Below are positions 1-9,938 of a stretch of 64,000 bases of DNA, one piece after another. How positions within the stretch are numbered: the first letter of the stretch is position 1; each line of letters opens with the position of its first letter. The DNA comes from Desulfurococcales archaeon (GTDB lineage: Archaea; Thermoproteota; Thermoprotei_A; Sulfolobales; Desulfurococcaceae). The translations under genes were made by a program, and so were the position numbers. The notes under the pieces were generated by a model. The model was not told the DNA's origin, did no database searches, and saw only the letters and a list, made by a program, of their open reading frames with translations. The stretch covers positions 1 to 64,000 of the forward strand of contig JALVYU010000031.1 in assembly GCA_027022365.1 (NCBI GenBank). The letters run 5' to 3'.

Positions 1-94
1 ACCCCCTATTCTTCAGCTCCTCACCCAACATGAGGGCAAGGGTTGTTTTGCCCGAGTCATATGGTAGTAGTCCTGTAATAAGGATCTTCATCAT
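1..94 (-). CDS. N-terminus of a predicted P-loop ATPase/GTPase (COG4028-like), runs off the window edge
   Basis: Manual translation of the minus strand: MMKILITGLLPYDSGKTTLALMLGEELKNRG. The GLLPYDSGKT Walker A variant is typical of this archaeal family. Not in the ORF track. Confidence 0.7.
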   Translation of the reverse strand, partial: MMKILITGLLPYDSGKTTLALMLGEELKNRG

Positions 95-225
95 GATCAC
101 CATGTAGCAATAGAGACGTAGACGTCAGCATAGCGGATCTTGGAAGGGATAGGTAATCATATATTCCCTATCCAATATACAAGCCTATATTGACATCGGA
201 TATTAATGTTACAGCTGGGTGGACA

Positions 226-1893
226 ATGATGAAAAAACTCATGGCAGTACTCGCATTGTTAATAATCCTTTCAGTGTTCTCAACACCGATGATCAATGCT
301 CAATATGTAGTGGTCTCAACATCTCGAACAGTGTTCATATATGCGCCATGCTTCGATCCCGAACAGAACCTTACAGGGACACTGAAAGAGCTGGTAAACA
401 GTTCATCAATATATATTGTTAAGCCGCAGCCCCCATATACGCCACTATATGGATTGCTAAGCCTTGTCAACGGTTCTTGGAGCCTTGATAAAGGTATACC
501 CGGTAATGTAATACTGATACTAGGCAACGGCAGCAGGCTATATCCATACAAGATCATAGACCAGAAACACCTGCAGGCGAGATTGGGGAAAGAATCGATG
601 CTTATAGCGGTACAGGGCATTAACCCGGAGTATTTCAACTATAGTTCAAACCCTTACTACAACATAACAAAGCAGTATATTCCACCACAGAGCATAGTAG
701 TCCCGATCAATGGGACCAGCGAGTGGAAACTACTTGATACCTCGATAAGCGTCTACAAGATAACTGGTGGATACCGTCTGGTCATAAAGGGATACATAAA
801 TATCCTCGTCAGCAACGAAACTTATACCACACCAATAGTTAAACTCAATATTACAAAAACGACGACAGAAGTAGTAGCAGGCGTCTATTGGCTAAAATTC
901 CACCTAGTACCGGAAAACAATCAAATTCTCGTCATAACACTTGGAACTAGGGAGCCAAGAACATGGATAGGAAAGAACTATGGTGAATTCCACAATCCTG
1001 TGACTCCGTGGCTTCCCCCAAGTTTCGCAGAAACAATAGGGTTCAACGCGACAAAGTGGGCGTTAAAAGAAGTGACGTCATTCTATGTCTCATTAGCTGG
1101 CTTCATGTATTCGTATACAAAGTCGAGATTCATAACGATCAATTATCCTGTCATCTATAATGCATATATAGTCGCTAAAGCACTAGGCCTCGATGAAAAG
1201 CAGACCAATGAGCTCATACAAATAGCGCTAGACGGACTAAACAAAATACTTGACACCACCAGGAACAAACTAGGAGCGGACACATCGATCTTAATATACT
1301 CATCCTTCAACAAGCTTCCCAAACCACAAGAAATAAAGAATACAATAGAGGTCGTCCCTGGACTATACAAGATAAGCGGAGCAATCGATGTTAGTGCATT
1401 ACCTGAAGGAACACAAATAATTAATATAAATGGTGAAAAGTATCTGATCGTGCCTAACAATGATCTAAAAGGATACCTACTAGTAAAATCACCCTACTCT
1501 AAGACTGGAGTACAAGGCACTATGCCTCCAGACGCTGTAATCGGAATATTCGGTGCACTTGCAAACGATTACGGGATAGCAGTATCGAAACTACTATACG
1601 AGATCGTTAGCCTCCAAAACAAGGTCTCCGACCTAACCGCGGACAACATTAAGCTTAAGGACGAGAACTCCCAGCTCAACCAGACGGTTGAGAATCTAAA
1701 GGCCGAGCTCGGCAAATATAAGGCCGTAAACGCTAATCTTACTAGTAAAGTCCTGGACTTAGAGGATCAAATAAAGAAACTAAAGCACGACGTTGATAGT
1801 GCAATTCTCTATGCAACGGCGGGTGTGGTTAGCATAGCCATCTTCGTGCTAATACTCTACTATACTGTGAGTAAGAGTATTAGGAAGAGGTAA
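226..1893 (+). CDS. Secreted, C-terminally membrane-anchored surface protein with coiled-coil stalk
   Basis: Signal peptide MMKKLMAVLALLIILSVFS (start likely ATG 226), many N-x-S/T sequons, about 60-aa heptad region (LQNKVSDL...LKHDV), C-terminal TM helix and basic tail. Confidence 0.7.
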   Translation: MMKKLMAVLALLIILSVFSTPMINAQYVVVSTSRTVFIYAPCFDPEQNLTGTLKELVNSSSIYIVKPQPPYTPLYGLLSLVNGSWSLDKGIPGNVILILGNGSRLYPYKIIDQKHLQARLGKESMLIAVQGINPEYFNYSSNPYYNITKQYIPPQSIVVPINGTSEWKLLDTSISVYKITGGYRLVIKGYINILVSNETYTTPIVKLNITKTTTEVVAGVYWLKFHLVPENNQILVITLGTREPRTWIGKNYGEFHNPVTPWLPPSFAETIGFNATKWALKEVTSFYVSLAGFMYSYTKSRFITINYPVIYNAYIVAKALGLDEKQTNELIQIALDGLNKILDTTRNKLGADTSILIYSSFNKLPKPQEIKNTIEVVPGLYKISGAIDVSALPEGTQIININGEKYLIVPNNDLKGYLLVKSPYSKTGVQGTMPPDAVIGIFGALANDYGIAVSKLLYEIVSLQNKVSDLTADNIKLKDENSQLNQTVENLKAELGKYKAVNANLTSKVLDLEDQIKKLKHDVDSAILYATAGVVSIAIFVLILYYTVSKSIRKR

Positions 1894-1908
1894 TAACAGA
1901 GATAATTG

Positions 1909-2394
1909 TTATTTTATTTCAATTATCAGGTATTTTACCAACAGTTCTAATGCACCAGAATAGATAAGCCAGGACAACAGCAAGATAAACGCTATTATAA
2001 AACCCGTGGCTGTCGAGGCAAAACTGTCTGACCTAAAAATTCTCAATCCATAGGCCCTGTTACTGAAAGGCCAGAATATGAAGACACCTCTCTTTGTAAG
2101 GCTATCACAAAAAATATGTAGAAGCCAGCCAGCCGCGAATGAGAGCGTCAAAGACCATACATTATCACGGAGTAAATTGAGAGGAAAAAGAATTAACAAT
2201 AGGTAGAGACCTATAGTCCCGATAAGCACGGAGAACAAATTATGTAACGATTTTCTATGCTCAAATCCTAGATCGAAATCTGGTACATAACCACCTATAC
2301 TTCCCATGATTAGACACAATGGGGCCAGATAAAGTTTAGAAGCGAAAAATAGGCCGGATATAGCACCTATTATGACATGTATTGACCTATGCAT
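1909..2394 (-). CDS. Membrane-bound metal-dependent hydrolase (YdjM-like)
   Basis: N-terminal His, PDFD, HRKSLHN and HIFCDSLT..G motifs with hydrophobic helices. Confidence 0.8.
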   Translation of the reverse strand: MHRSIHVIIGAISGLFFASKLYLAPLCLIMGSIGGYVPDFDLGFEHRKSLHNLFSVLIGTIGLYLLLILFPLNLLRDNVWSLTLSFAAGWLLHIFCDSLTKRGVFIFWPFSNRAYGLRIFRSDSFASTATGFIIAFILLLSWLIYSGALELLVKYLIIEIK

Positions 2395-2413
2395 GGTTTT
2401 CTACCACTCATTA

Positions 2414-2476
2414 ATGGTCAGCAGAGGACCACATCTTCATCTATCAGTTCGATCCCGGGGTATCTCTTCATCCCTA
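2414..2476 (-). ncRNA. Box C/D methylation-guide sRNA
   Basis: Minus strand reads ATGAAGA(C)-GATACCCCGGGATCGAA-CTGA(D')-TAG-ATGAAGA(C')-TGTGGTCCTCTG-CTGA(D), intergenic. Guides are complementary to the crenarchaeal 16S segment ATCCCGGGAGGACCAC (recalled consensus). Confidence 0.85.
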
Positions 2477-2494
2477 CCCATAATATCCGGAATA

Positions 2495-3868
2495 TCAGGC
2501 TATAAAGCGGCTCTCTCCCTTCAAATAAAAATTAGTCGGGGTGTATCTCTCGGGAAACCCCTTCTTTTCTTTGCCGAACCTTTCAAGTGGTTTCATAAGG
2601 TGCTTGAACGCTCTTGGTGGGGGCTCATACCATCCAGTAGATATTTTTCGCTCAAGGTAAACAATCTCCCTAGGCAGATCCCCTACTCTCAAGCCGCATT
2701 TGGGACACTTAAATCCCTTGTTTTTCCCGGCGCTTTTAAGCCTAGAACCACAGCGGGGACACAGCGGATTCAATAACTTTACACTAGGGGCGAGGGCTAC
2801 TACATGGAGCTTTTCGAGATTTATGGTGGGTCCATGCCGGCTACTCATCGGCCGGATGACTCCCATAACCTCTACGATATCGCCCGGTAGAAGCTTCTCT
2901 ACTATGTCTCTGAAACGACCGGTTGGCTCGTATGCGGCTACATCAATTACATGGATGCCATCTGTAACACTAAATATTACGTGTCCTCCAGTTATTCTCT
3001 TAGGCTTGGAATGAACTCTTACTTTAACTCTCACAGATCTATAGATGTAGGCTCCTCTCAGATTATTAATCCTCAATAAATGCGCATCCGTGTGTTGGTT
3101 AGTCCGAAAAATCAATGCCCCTTCTACAGGCTCCTCTATGTCCAGCATTCCGAAAGCCTCAAGAACATCCCCGGGTTCTTCGCCCCTTATCCCGAGCAGT
3201 ACTGGGTCTGGACCATGCGGTAGGATTAAGGGCTTATCCGTCTCCCAGTCATAGTTTAGAAAAGTTCTTCCACGTGTAGCAATCGCCATCTTCTTCACTG
3301 ATTCAGATGATACTTTTCTAGGTTTTCCATAATTCTCCTCAGATCTATACGCTATTAATTCGTAGGTATAATCAGTCCTAGTCATGTGGTACCCTATCCC
3401 CGCAAGGCTGCCGATAAGGCCTCTGTGCCCCCTAGTTATTCTTTCATAGATTATCTTATCGCCGAGCTTACCGATGATGCGGTCTAGTAATGACGATGGT
3501 ATGATATCCGATAATGCTTTACGAGAAAACCATTCGAGAAGAGCGTTGATCTTACCCTTATATAGGGCCATGCCTGGCTGGCTCTCCGGGTGTCTGTACT
3601 CCGATACATATTCTTCAGCATATGCAAGGGCTTCCTCAAACAAGTCCTCTGGATCACGGCTCGTATCTAGTCTGAGGACAAGTGCTCCATTTCCTCTCGT
3701 CTTCCATGGAACGCCGGGATTCAACCTAATTAGGTTTGGGTAATCAATAAGCTTTATTTTCGGATCATGTAACCATTTCCCAAGTAACCTGTAAATAAAA
3801 TGAGTTGTGCATCCGCCACGGGGCGAGTCTATATCATCGACGCCTAAATGCATGATCACATGTATCAC
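2495..3868 (-). CDS. tiaS: tRNA(Ile2) agmatinylcytidine synthase
   Basis: GVDDIDS..GGCTTH, RLNPGVPWKTRGNG, TNQHTD, OB fold with AYEPTG, zinc ribbon CPRC...CPKC, HLMKP. Confidence 0.95.
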   Translation of the reverse strand: MIHVIMHLGVDDIDSPRGGCTTHFIYRLLGKWLHDPKIKLIDYPNLIRLNPGVPWKTRGNGALVLRLDTSRDPEDLFEEALAYAEEYVSEYRHPESQPGMALYKGKINALLEWFSRKALSDIIPSSLLDRIIGKLGDKIIYERITRGHRGLIGSLAGIGYHMTRTDYTYELIAYRSEENYGKPRKVSSESVKKMAIATRGRTFLNYDWETDKPLILPHGPDPVLLGIRGEEPGDVLEAFGMLDIEEPVEGALIFRTNQHTDAHLLRINNLRGAYIYRSVRVKVRVHSKPKRITGGHVIFSVTDGIHVIDVAAYEPTGRFRDIVEKLLPGDIVEVMGVIRPMSSRHGPTINLEKLHVVALAPSVKLLNPLCPRCGSRLKSAGKNKGFKCPKCGLRVGDLPREIVYLERKISTGWYEPPPRAFKHLMKPLERFGKEKKGFPERYTPTNFYLKGESRFIA

Positions 3869-4890
3869 TCCTTAGACAACAGACATTTAGCTCCAGCAAC
3901 GATTATCGGAAGGAATACTGTAGCATCACCATATACTACGACCTGTTTTCCGGACGGCTTTATCTTGTTCCAACTAATTGCTTCACGAGGTTGTGCACCG
4001 CTGAGACTTCCATCATATTCTACAGCAGTAGTAATGTATACCGCATAATCGAGCCCATCCTTGAACTGTGCCCACCATATCGTGTGATGCTTGCTTATAC
4101 CTCCACCGATTATCAGGCCTCCAAGCCTCTTGGACTCGAATACCATGTCAAGTATCTTCCTCTCATCGCTTAGCAGATCTAGCTTTAATCCAGTGAAGGG
4201 CTGGTTAAATACAAGCTGTGAACCAAAAGCGCCATCCACAATACCGGGCACGAATACAGGGATCTTTTTAGCGGCTGCGGCAGCCAGTATGCTGTAAGGA
4301 TCCTTTATTCTTTTACCAGCTTCATAAAGTAGTTCACTCGGACTCCACTCTTTCTTATCCTTAAGTATTTCGTCAAGGAGATTCTTTACGAACTTCTCGA
4401 TCGGTAAGCCATAATTTTCCATTGGTATGAACACGTTTCCAAGCCTATGTATTTCTAAGACCCGAAGCATAGAGTCGTCGGCCAGCCAGTCTCCCTTATA
4501 GTACTTATAGCCTAATCCCCTGGCAATGTCGTGGTCGATTGTACCGCAGGTTGTTATAATAGCGTCCGCGAATCCCTCCCTGATGAGCTGGGCAAGCACG
4601 CCTCTAAGCCCTGTAGAGACTAGATTGCCTGTGAACGCTAGGATCCTAGTAGCATCTCTGTTTCTCCACATTTCTGCTAGTATTTTCGCTGCGGCATAAA
4701 CGTGTCCTGCCATGAACCCATGTGATTTACCGAGTGCTTCGACTAGTTTACAGACACTCATATCTCCTCTAATGAAGTAGTCCTCAACGGGTTCTTTCAA
4801 TAATATTTTTCTCGCGTCCTTCAAAACAGGCGTATCATCCACGTCTGACACGACAACATCACCATTACGGGTTATAAGGAAATTATGCAA
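3865..4890 (-). CDS. dys: Deoxyhypusine synthase
   Basis: TGNLVSTGLRG, GGGISKHH, DGSLSGAQPREAISWNKI, GDATV motifs. True start probably GTG near 4851 after GGTGA. Confidence 0.95.
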   Translation of the reverse strand: MHNFLITRNGDVVVSDVDDTPVLKDARKILLKEPVEDYFIRGDMSVCKLVEALGKSHGFMAGHVYAAAKILAEMWRNRDATRILAFTGNLVSTGLRGVLAQLIREGFADAIITTCGTIDHDIARGLGYKYYKGDWLADDSMLRVLEIHRLGNVFIPMENYGLPIEKFVKNLLDEILKDKKEWSPSELLYEAGKRIKDPYSILAAAAAKKIPVFVPGIVDGAFGSQLVFNQPFTGLKLDLLSDERKILDMVFESKRLGGLIIGGGISKHHTIWWAQFKDGLDYAVYITTAVEYDGSLSGAQPREAISWNKIKPSGKQVVVYGDATVFLPIIVAGAKCLLSKE

Positions 4891-4923
4891 CTATAACTGT
4901 TTTTCACAAAATCATCGACTCTA

Positions 4924-5646
4924 CTATGGAGTGTACTTCTCGACCTCTATGGGTTGCACACCGAGATAGTCGATGACCATGTATATGTCCTTAAGGAAAT
5001 TGTTGAGCTCATATATGCTCATTATCAAGACATCATCATACACTCTGATCTTGGGCCTAGTAAGCGTAACGACTAGCGGAATTATTGTTTTGGCATACTT
5101 GAAAAACCTCCATTTGCTGATCGCCCATGCTATATGCTCAGCAAGTCTGAGGGCTCTCGTTTTATGTTTGCTCGCGATCTCCTTGAGAGCCGATGGGGAG
5201 ACCCCCCTTGTCCAGTGCTTACAATCAATAATGATGCATCTCCTCGCACCCACATCAATTCCCACTACATCTACCTCTAGCCTCACCGGCCTAGTTAGCC
5301 GGAAATTATTTCTAACAATGTAGCCATGACCCGACAGTATTTCTTTGGAGAATAGCTCGAAGTCGTGCCAGTCGAGATAAGGAGCTATGCGTTTGTAATA
5401 AACGCCTCTTCTTATCCCATAGATAGCAGCCTCTATGGGTGCCTCAACGACGACTCTATCATTATTGCCTATGACTCTGATCCCAGGCATGGATGAGCAT
5501 AGTTCTAATAACGTCTCGCGGGAAATACCGGTTATCCTGCTGAGCTCATTAATGCTTATCTCTCTGTGTTTGAGCAGCGTTTCTAGGAGGCTAGATAATA
5601 GAAACATCAAGGGTACACCATGCACGGTATTTCTGTTTTCACACAC
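4924..5646 (-). CDS. HTH plus PD-(D/E)XK (Mrr-like) nuclease domain protein
   Basis: N-terminal HTH (ISINELSRITGISRET), W..FE, EVDVVG and IIIDCKHW catalytic-type motif. Confidence 0.7.
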   Translation of the reverse strand: MCENRNTVHGVPLMFLLSSLLETLLKHREISINELSRITGISRETLLELCSSMPGIRVIGNNDRVVVEAPIEAAIYGIRRGVYYKRIAPYLDWHDFELFSKEILSGHGYIVRNNFRLTRPVRLEVDVVGIDVGARRCIIIDCKHWTRGVSPSALKEIASKHKTRALRLAEHIAWAISKWRFFKYAKTIIPLVVTLTRPKIRVYDDVLIMSIYELNNFLKDIYMVIDYLGVQPIEVEKYTP

Positions 5647-5731
5647 TATAGTTGTTGTATTGTCATGAAAAACTATTAGATTTACATGTTAGAGTATTAT
5701 ATTGTGGTATCAGCGATTATCGGTGGTGCAT

Positions 5732-6469
5732 ATGGCGAGAATAGTCTATCCAGAAGCAAAATACATCAAGAGCATTATCGATGTTCTCGCAAAACTAGTA
5801 GATGAAGTAGCCTTCCAGCTAACACCTGACGGCTTAAGGGTGAAGGCCTTAGACCCAGCGAGAGTTGCTCTCATCGACATCGATCTGCCCTCAACAGCTT
5901 TCCTAGAATACGACGTTTCCGAGGACACTATAGCTGGTATATCAACAGCCAACCTAGCAAAGCTGCTAAAGAAGATTAAGAAAGGAGATAAATTCGTCAT
6001 GGAGGTAACAGAAGACACGATTACGATAACCATAGAGTCTATATCGCGGCGAAAATACCGGTTCAGAAACATGGAGGTACCGGTACCCGATATCCCAGAG
6101 GCAAAACTAGAATTCAATGTTGAGGCCCAGCTCCTCGTCGATGTGATTAAACACGCGATCAAGGATGCAGAGGCAGTAGGCGATACATTAGAAATAGAGG
6201 CACCCGACGAGGACACTCTCTACCTGAGAGGTGTGGGTACTACGACGACGGAGACAAAACTAACCCGTGACATGGCAGCACTAATAGATCTCATTGTTAA
6301 AGAGCCCAGCAAATCAATGTATCAGCTGGAATATCTCAAACACGTGGTTAATTTGACAAGAATAGCAGAAATCGTTGTGCTGAGATTCTCTAGTGATATG
6401 CCTCTCGAAATGGAGTTCAGTCTCGCCGAGGGCAAGGTTAAGTACCTGTTAGCACCCAAGGCGATCTAG
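5732..6469 (+). CDS. pcn: DNA polymerase sliding clamp (PCNA subunit)
   Basis: ALDPARVALI, DMPL and C-terminal YLLAPK motifs, about 245 aa. ATG 5732 follows GGTGG. Confidence 0.95.
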   Translation: MARIVYPEAKYIKSIIDVLAKLVDEVAFQLTPDGLRVKALDPARVALIDIDLPSTAFLEYDVSEDTIAGISTANLAKLLKKIKKGDKFVMEVTEDTITITIESISRRKYRFRNMEVPVPDIPEAKLEFNVEAQLLVDVIKHAIKDAEAVGDTLEIEAPDEDTLYLRGVGTTTTETKLTRDMAALIDLIVKEPSKSMYQLEYLKHVVNLTRIAEIVVLRFSSDMPLEMEFSLAEGKVKYLLAPKAI

Positions 6470-6518
6470 CCGGTATATAACATGGTGCTTTAAACAGCTA
6501 ACCTGGTGCCCCATCGAT

Positions 6519-7166
6519 TTGATGCCCTCTAGAAAAACTGATTATGCATCACACATTATTTTCCGGATAAGTCACCTAGCTAAGGAAATAAAGGAATATG
6601 GAGGGCGCCTTGTAGTTCTTAATGATATTGCAACAGCGCTTTACGGATTGATTAAACCTGTATCAGAGATACGGATACTTGTTGGTGACATAGAGGATGA
6701 AAGACTAGCGGAAATTGTTGTTAACGGTCTTGGGATGACTGGCTATAAAGATGATATATTGAAAAGTTTGAATACTATCGACAGAGCTGTTCTTAATCCA
6801 TTATTCATTCCAATAACCATTGTAGAGAAGCCTAGGAAACCTGTAGATAGAGTGATTCTTGAAGAGCCTATAGAGTTTGTTGATAATCAGATAGAAATGA
6901 ATCTTCCTAGATTAGAATACCTGATAGTTAAGCTCCTAGACATCGGAGAGTATCCATATATTGTCGATGCGAGCGCTCTTCTACTCGCCCATATTGACTT
7001 GATAAATATAGATGTCCTCATGAACTACGCGGATCTGTCCCCTATAATGGATTTGTTGCGTAATATTAGAGAATTCACTAGTATTTTCCCGGAGCTTAAT
7101 AAGCATCAAAGTAAAATAAGTGATCTAATGGAAAAAATAAAAGACTCCTACAAAACCATTTTCTAG
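6519..7166 (+). CDS. Hypothetical protein, possibly a degenerate nucleotidyltransferase fold
   Basis: 215-aa ORF. LVVLNDIATALYG...SEIRILV and EYLIVKLL resemble the GG.A...G..R.T.DID and ED(L)I..KL motifs of archaeal NTases, with substitutions. Confidence 0.5.
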   Translation: MMPSRKTDYASHIIFRISHLAKEIKEYGGRLVVLNDIATALYGLIKPVSEIRILVGDIEDERLAEIVVNGLGMTGYKDDILKSLNTIDRAVLNPLFIPITIVEKPRKPVDRVILEEPIEFVDNQIEMNLPRLEYLIVKLLDIGEYPYIVDASALLLAHIDLINIDVLMNYADLSPIMDLLRNIREFTSIFPELNKHQSKISDLMEKIKDSYKTIF

Positions 7167-7193
7167 ATGGAAAATGATCATGGTGATGCCTAC

Positions 7194-8342
7194 ATGCCGC
7201 AGGAGAGCATATTTGCTCAGCTAAAACCACTCTCACCGGGACAAAGGGAGATAGTCGAAGCTTTCAGGAATAAGAACTATGAAATAATAGGTATATTTGG
7301 ACCTACAGGGTCAGGTAAGAGCTTGTTTAGTGTACTCTATAGTATAGATGCGGTCCTCCGTGGAGAATATAATAGGTTCATACTCTCCCGCCCCATAGTC
7401 GATGTAGTCACGGGAAAAGAATTAACGGCAGCGGATATAGGCGAACTATACTATGATATCGCCATTAGTTATCTCAAAGACATTCTGCACGGGTTCGTGG
7501 ACTGGGGTATAGTCAAGAACATGCTCGAGACAGGGAAGATCATTGTCGCGGACACTCATTATCTGAGGGGAAGGACATTTGATAACTCAATAATATTTCT
7601 GGACGACGCGCAGAGCATACCCCCTGAAAGCGCTGTCGAGATAATGATGAGAATAGGCAGAAACAGTAGATTCATTACTGCTGGCGATCCTGTGTTCCAG
7701 AAGACGAGTAGCCGAGACGGTGCAAGCCTGCTCAGAGAAATCCTGCTGAGCGAAGACACCGCCAAAGTCATTGATTTAGGGCTGAAGGATATAGTGAGGC
7801 CAGGAGCACGTCGTGGTATAAGGCTACTCCTAGAGATCAGAATGAGAAGGCGTGAGCTGACGGAGGTAGAAAAACGAATCATGGACTCTGCCAGGATTCA
7901 TGCGCCTGATGCTGATGTTATAACGGTTGCAGAATTCGTCGATGAGAAGAGAAAATTCAATATAGAATCGGAGAACGCACCGGACGCCATAATAGTTGTT
8001 AAGGAAGGGCATCTAGGACGAATAATTGGTAGAGGAGGAGAGAGGATAGAGGCTATAGAAGCAGATACTGGGCTTAAGATAAGAGCGGTGGAACTATCCC
8101 TGGACTTCAAGCCATTAATAAGAGCACTACACCCGGTAGGATGGATACACAGGCACATCATAGACGTTGATTTTGCAGGCCCGAATCTAGCAGTTAAAGT
8201 AGAGTCCGAGGGATTCGGAGCATTTGTTGGGCAGAGAGGCTTCTACGTGAAATACCTCGATGCCGTAATGAATAAGATACTCGGTGTAGGCGTGAAAGCT
8301 ATAGAAGTAGAAACCGGTGGAAGGCAGAGGAGAAAGAAGTAA
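7194..8342 (+). CDS. phoH: PhoH-family ATPase with C-terminal KH domains
   Basis: GPTGSGKS, LSRP, YLRGRTF, DDAQ, RIG, GD motifs followed by KH loops IIGRGG and FVGQRG. Confidence 0.9.
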   Translation: MPQESIFAQLKPLSPGQREIVEAFRNKNYEIIGIFGPTGSGKSLFSVLYSIDAVLRGEYNRFILSRPIVDVVTGKELTAADIGELYYDIAISYLKDILHGFVDWGIVKNMLETGKIIVADTHYLRGRTFDNSIIFLDDAQSIPPESAVEIMMRIGRNSRFITAGDPVFQKTSSRDGASLLREILLSEDTAKVIDLGLKDIVRPGARRGIRLLLEIRMRRRELTEVEKRIMDSARIHAPDADVITVAEFVDEKRKFNIESENAPDAIIVVKEGHLGRIIGRGGERIEAIEADTGLKIRAVELSLDFKPLIRALHPVGWIHRHIIDVDFAGPNLAVKVESEGFGAFVGQRGFYVKYLDAVMNKILGVGVKAIEVETGGRQRRKK

Positions 8343-9200
8343 TTATTTTTCAATAAATACATCGACAACAATCTGATAAGTCCTAGGCTTTACCGTCCTA
8401 ACTTTTCTGATAGTTCCAAAACTGTATTTCTTTACAAGCTCGCTGAGGGCATCCGCAACCATGTTCTTTGCCTTCTCGTAGGGATTCTCGCTCTTATCAG
8501 CCTCGATGTGTAGGTAGACATGAATCCATCCAGAACTACGAATAGCCATCACGGCGTATCTTAAATAATCCAGTGCCAGCTCCGGGTAGGGCATTAAAAC
8601 CCTGTCACTAGAGCTTTGAAGCTTCTCCATAATTACTTGGGCTGCATCGCCCAGGATCGGCTCTACAATGCCTTCTACCTTGTTTAGCCTCACGTTTTCA
8701 ACCATAAATCTGTACGCATCAGGATTAATGTCTATACTGTACACTTTTCTAGGCCTTGAAAGCTTAGCCGCTATAATGCTGAAAAACCCCGCCCCAGCAA
8801 ACATATTAGTAATCACCTCACCGGGTCTGACCAAACGCGCTATTCTACGATGTTCGTAATTAAGTGTTGGTGAGACGTAGACCCTAGTGATGTCGACTTT
8901 GAAGAGGCATCCGTGCTCTCGGTAAATAGTCTCACTCCTCTTCTCTCCTGCTAGATGGACATAAGGTCTCAGCCTATAAGGACCCGAAACTCCCGGTAGT
9001 CCTCCCCATACACTTCTAATATACTTGAACTCTTCTAGTATTCGCTCAGCCAATGGTTTTAGTTCCTCGGGCTCTAGCTCAAAAGGAATTCTTATAACGG
9101 CGATGTCGCCGATGATCTCTATTCTCCCCCAGATAAGTGAAGCCTTATCCTCTCCTAGGACCTCCCTGGCTATTTTCTTAAGGAACCTCCCACGGCTCAA
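8343..9200 (-). CDS. trm5: Trm5/Tyw2-family tRNA methyltransferase (probably aTrm5a/Taw21 type, wyosine pathway)
   Basis: IIGDIAVI, EHGCLFKVD, NMFAGAGFF, DINP, DRVLMPYP. Short (285 aa), lacking the N-terminal D1 domain. Confidence 0.8.
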   Translation of the reverse strand: MSRGRFLKKIAREVLGEDKASLIWGRIEIIGDIAVIRIPFELEPEELKPLAERILEEFKYIRSVWGGLPGVSGPYRLRPYVHLAGEKRSETIYREHGCLFKVDITRVYVSPTLNYEHRRIARLVRPGEVITNMFAGAGFFSIIAAKLSRPRKVYSIDINPDAYRFMVENVRLNKVEGIVEPILGDAAQVIMEKLQSSSDRVLMPYPELALDYLRYAVMAIRSSGWIHVYLHIEADKSENPYEKAKNMVADALSELVKKYSFGTIRKVRTVKPRTYQIVVDVFIEK

Positions 9201-9207
9201 GGATTCA

Positions 9208-9936
9208 TTACCTCTCTATCGTTAGGTTTACTGCAGGAACTATTGCTAGTCCAGCCGCTACGTCTAGATCTAGGAGGGAAGAGTCCTCATACGCGCGAGA
9301 CTCTAAATAGAGGAACAGGTTGTCTATATAGACCATAAACTTCTTTCCTGAATCACACTTGATCCTCCAATACCTCTTAGCATCAGTGGCGCATTTCGTT
9401 TTTGCTTCATTCAAAACATTTTCTCTATTGGGTAGGTTTCTCTGCTTTAGGGACTCGAGTATTCTTGCTGCTCTCGAGATGGAGTACTCGTACATATCGA
9501 GGATGGTATAGTCTGCTATTCTCAAGTGAAGCTTCCAGTCTTTGTTATCAAGTTCTTTACAAACATATATCGATTCAACAGCGTATTTTTCAAGAATGGA
9601 GAAGTGCTTCGGTGAAAGAAGAAGTAATGGGGAGATATAGGCCGAGGAAAATACTAGTGCTTCTCCCAGTATTTTCGAGCCCAGAAACTTTCCTAGTTTC
9701 TCGGATAGTCTCTCTAGAACTTTGACCGGATAGTAGAGGGGGCGGAAGGGCTTTCCATCGATCTTATCCTTAAAATAGTCTTTCCCGGCTTCCAGTAGAC
9801 TTGGCGGTACACCGATGTTTCGGTATCGGAACCTCTTAGTCAACCAGTTGATCCTATCCATGGCAACTGGATCGCCGGGCTCAAATGCCACAACCCCTCT
9901 GAGATTCTTAACTATCATTGCATATCTGTAGAACAA
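9208..9936 (-). CDS. Hypothetical protein
   Basis: 242-aa ORF tightly packed between nth and trm5 in the same orientation. No motif recognised. Confidence 0.7.
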   Translation of the reverse strand: MFYRYAMIVKNLRGVVAFEPGDPVAMDRINWLTKRFRYRNIGVPPSLLEAGKDYFKDKIDGKPFRPLYYPVKVLERLSEKLGKFLGSKILGEALVFSSAYISPLLLLSPKHFSILEKYAVESIYVCKELDNKDWKLHLRIADYTILDMYEYSISRAARILESLKQRNLPNRENVLNEAKTKCATDAKRYWRIKCDSGKKFMVYIDNLFLYLESRAYEDSSLLDLDVAAGLAIVPAVNLTIER

Positions 9937-9938
9937 AG

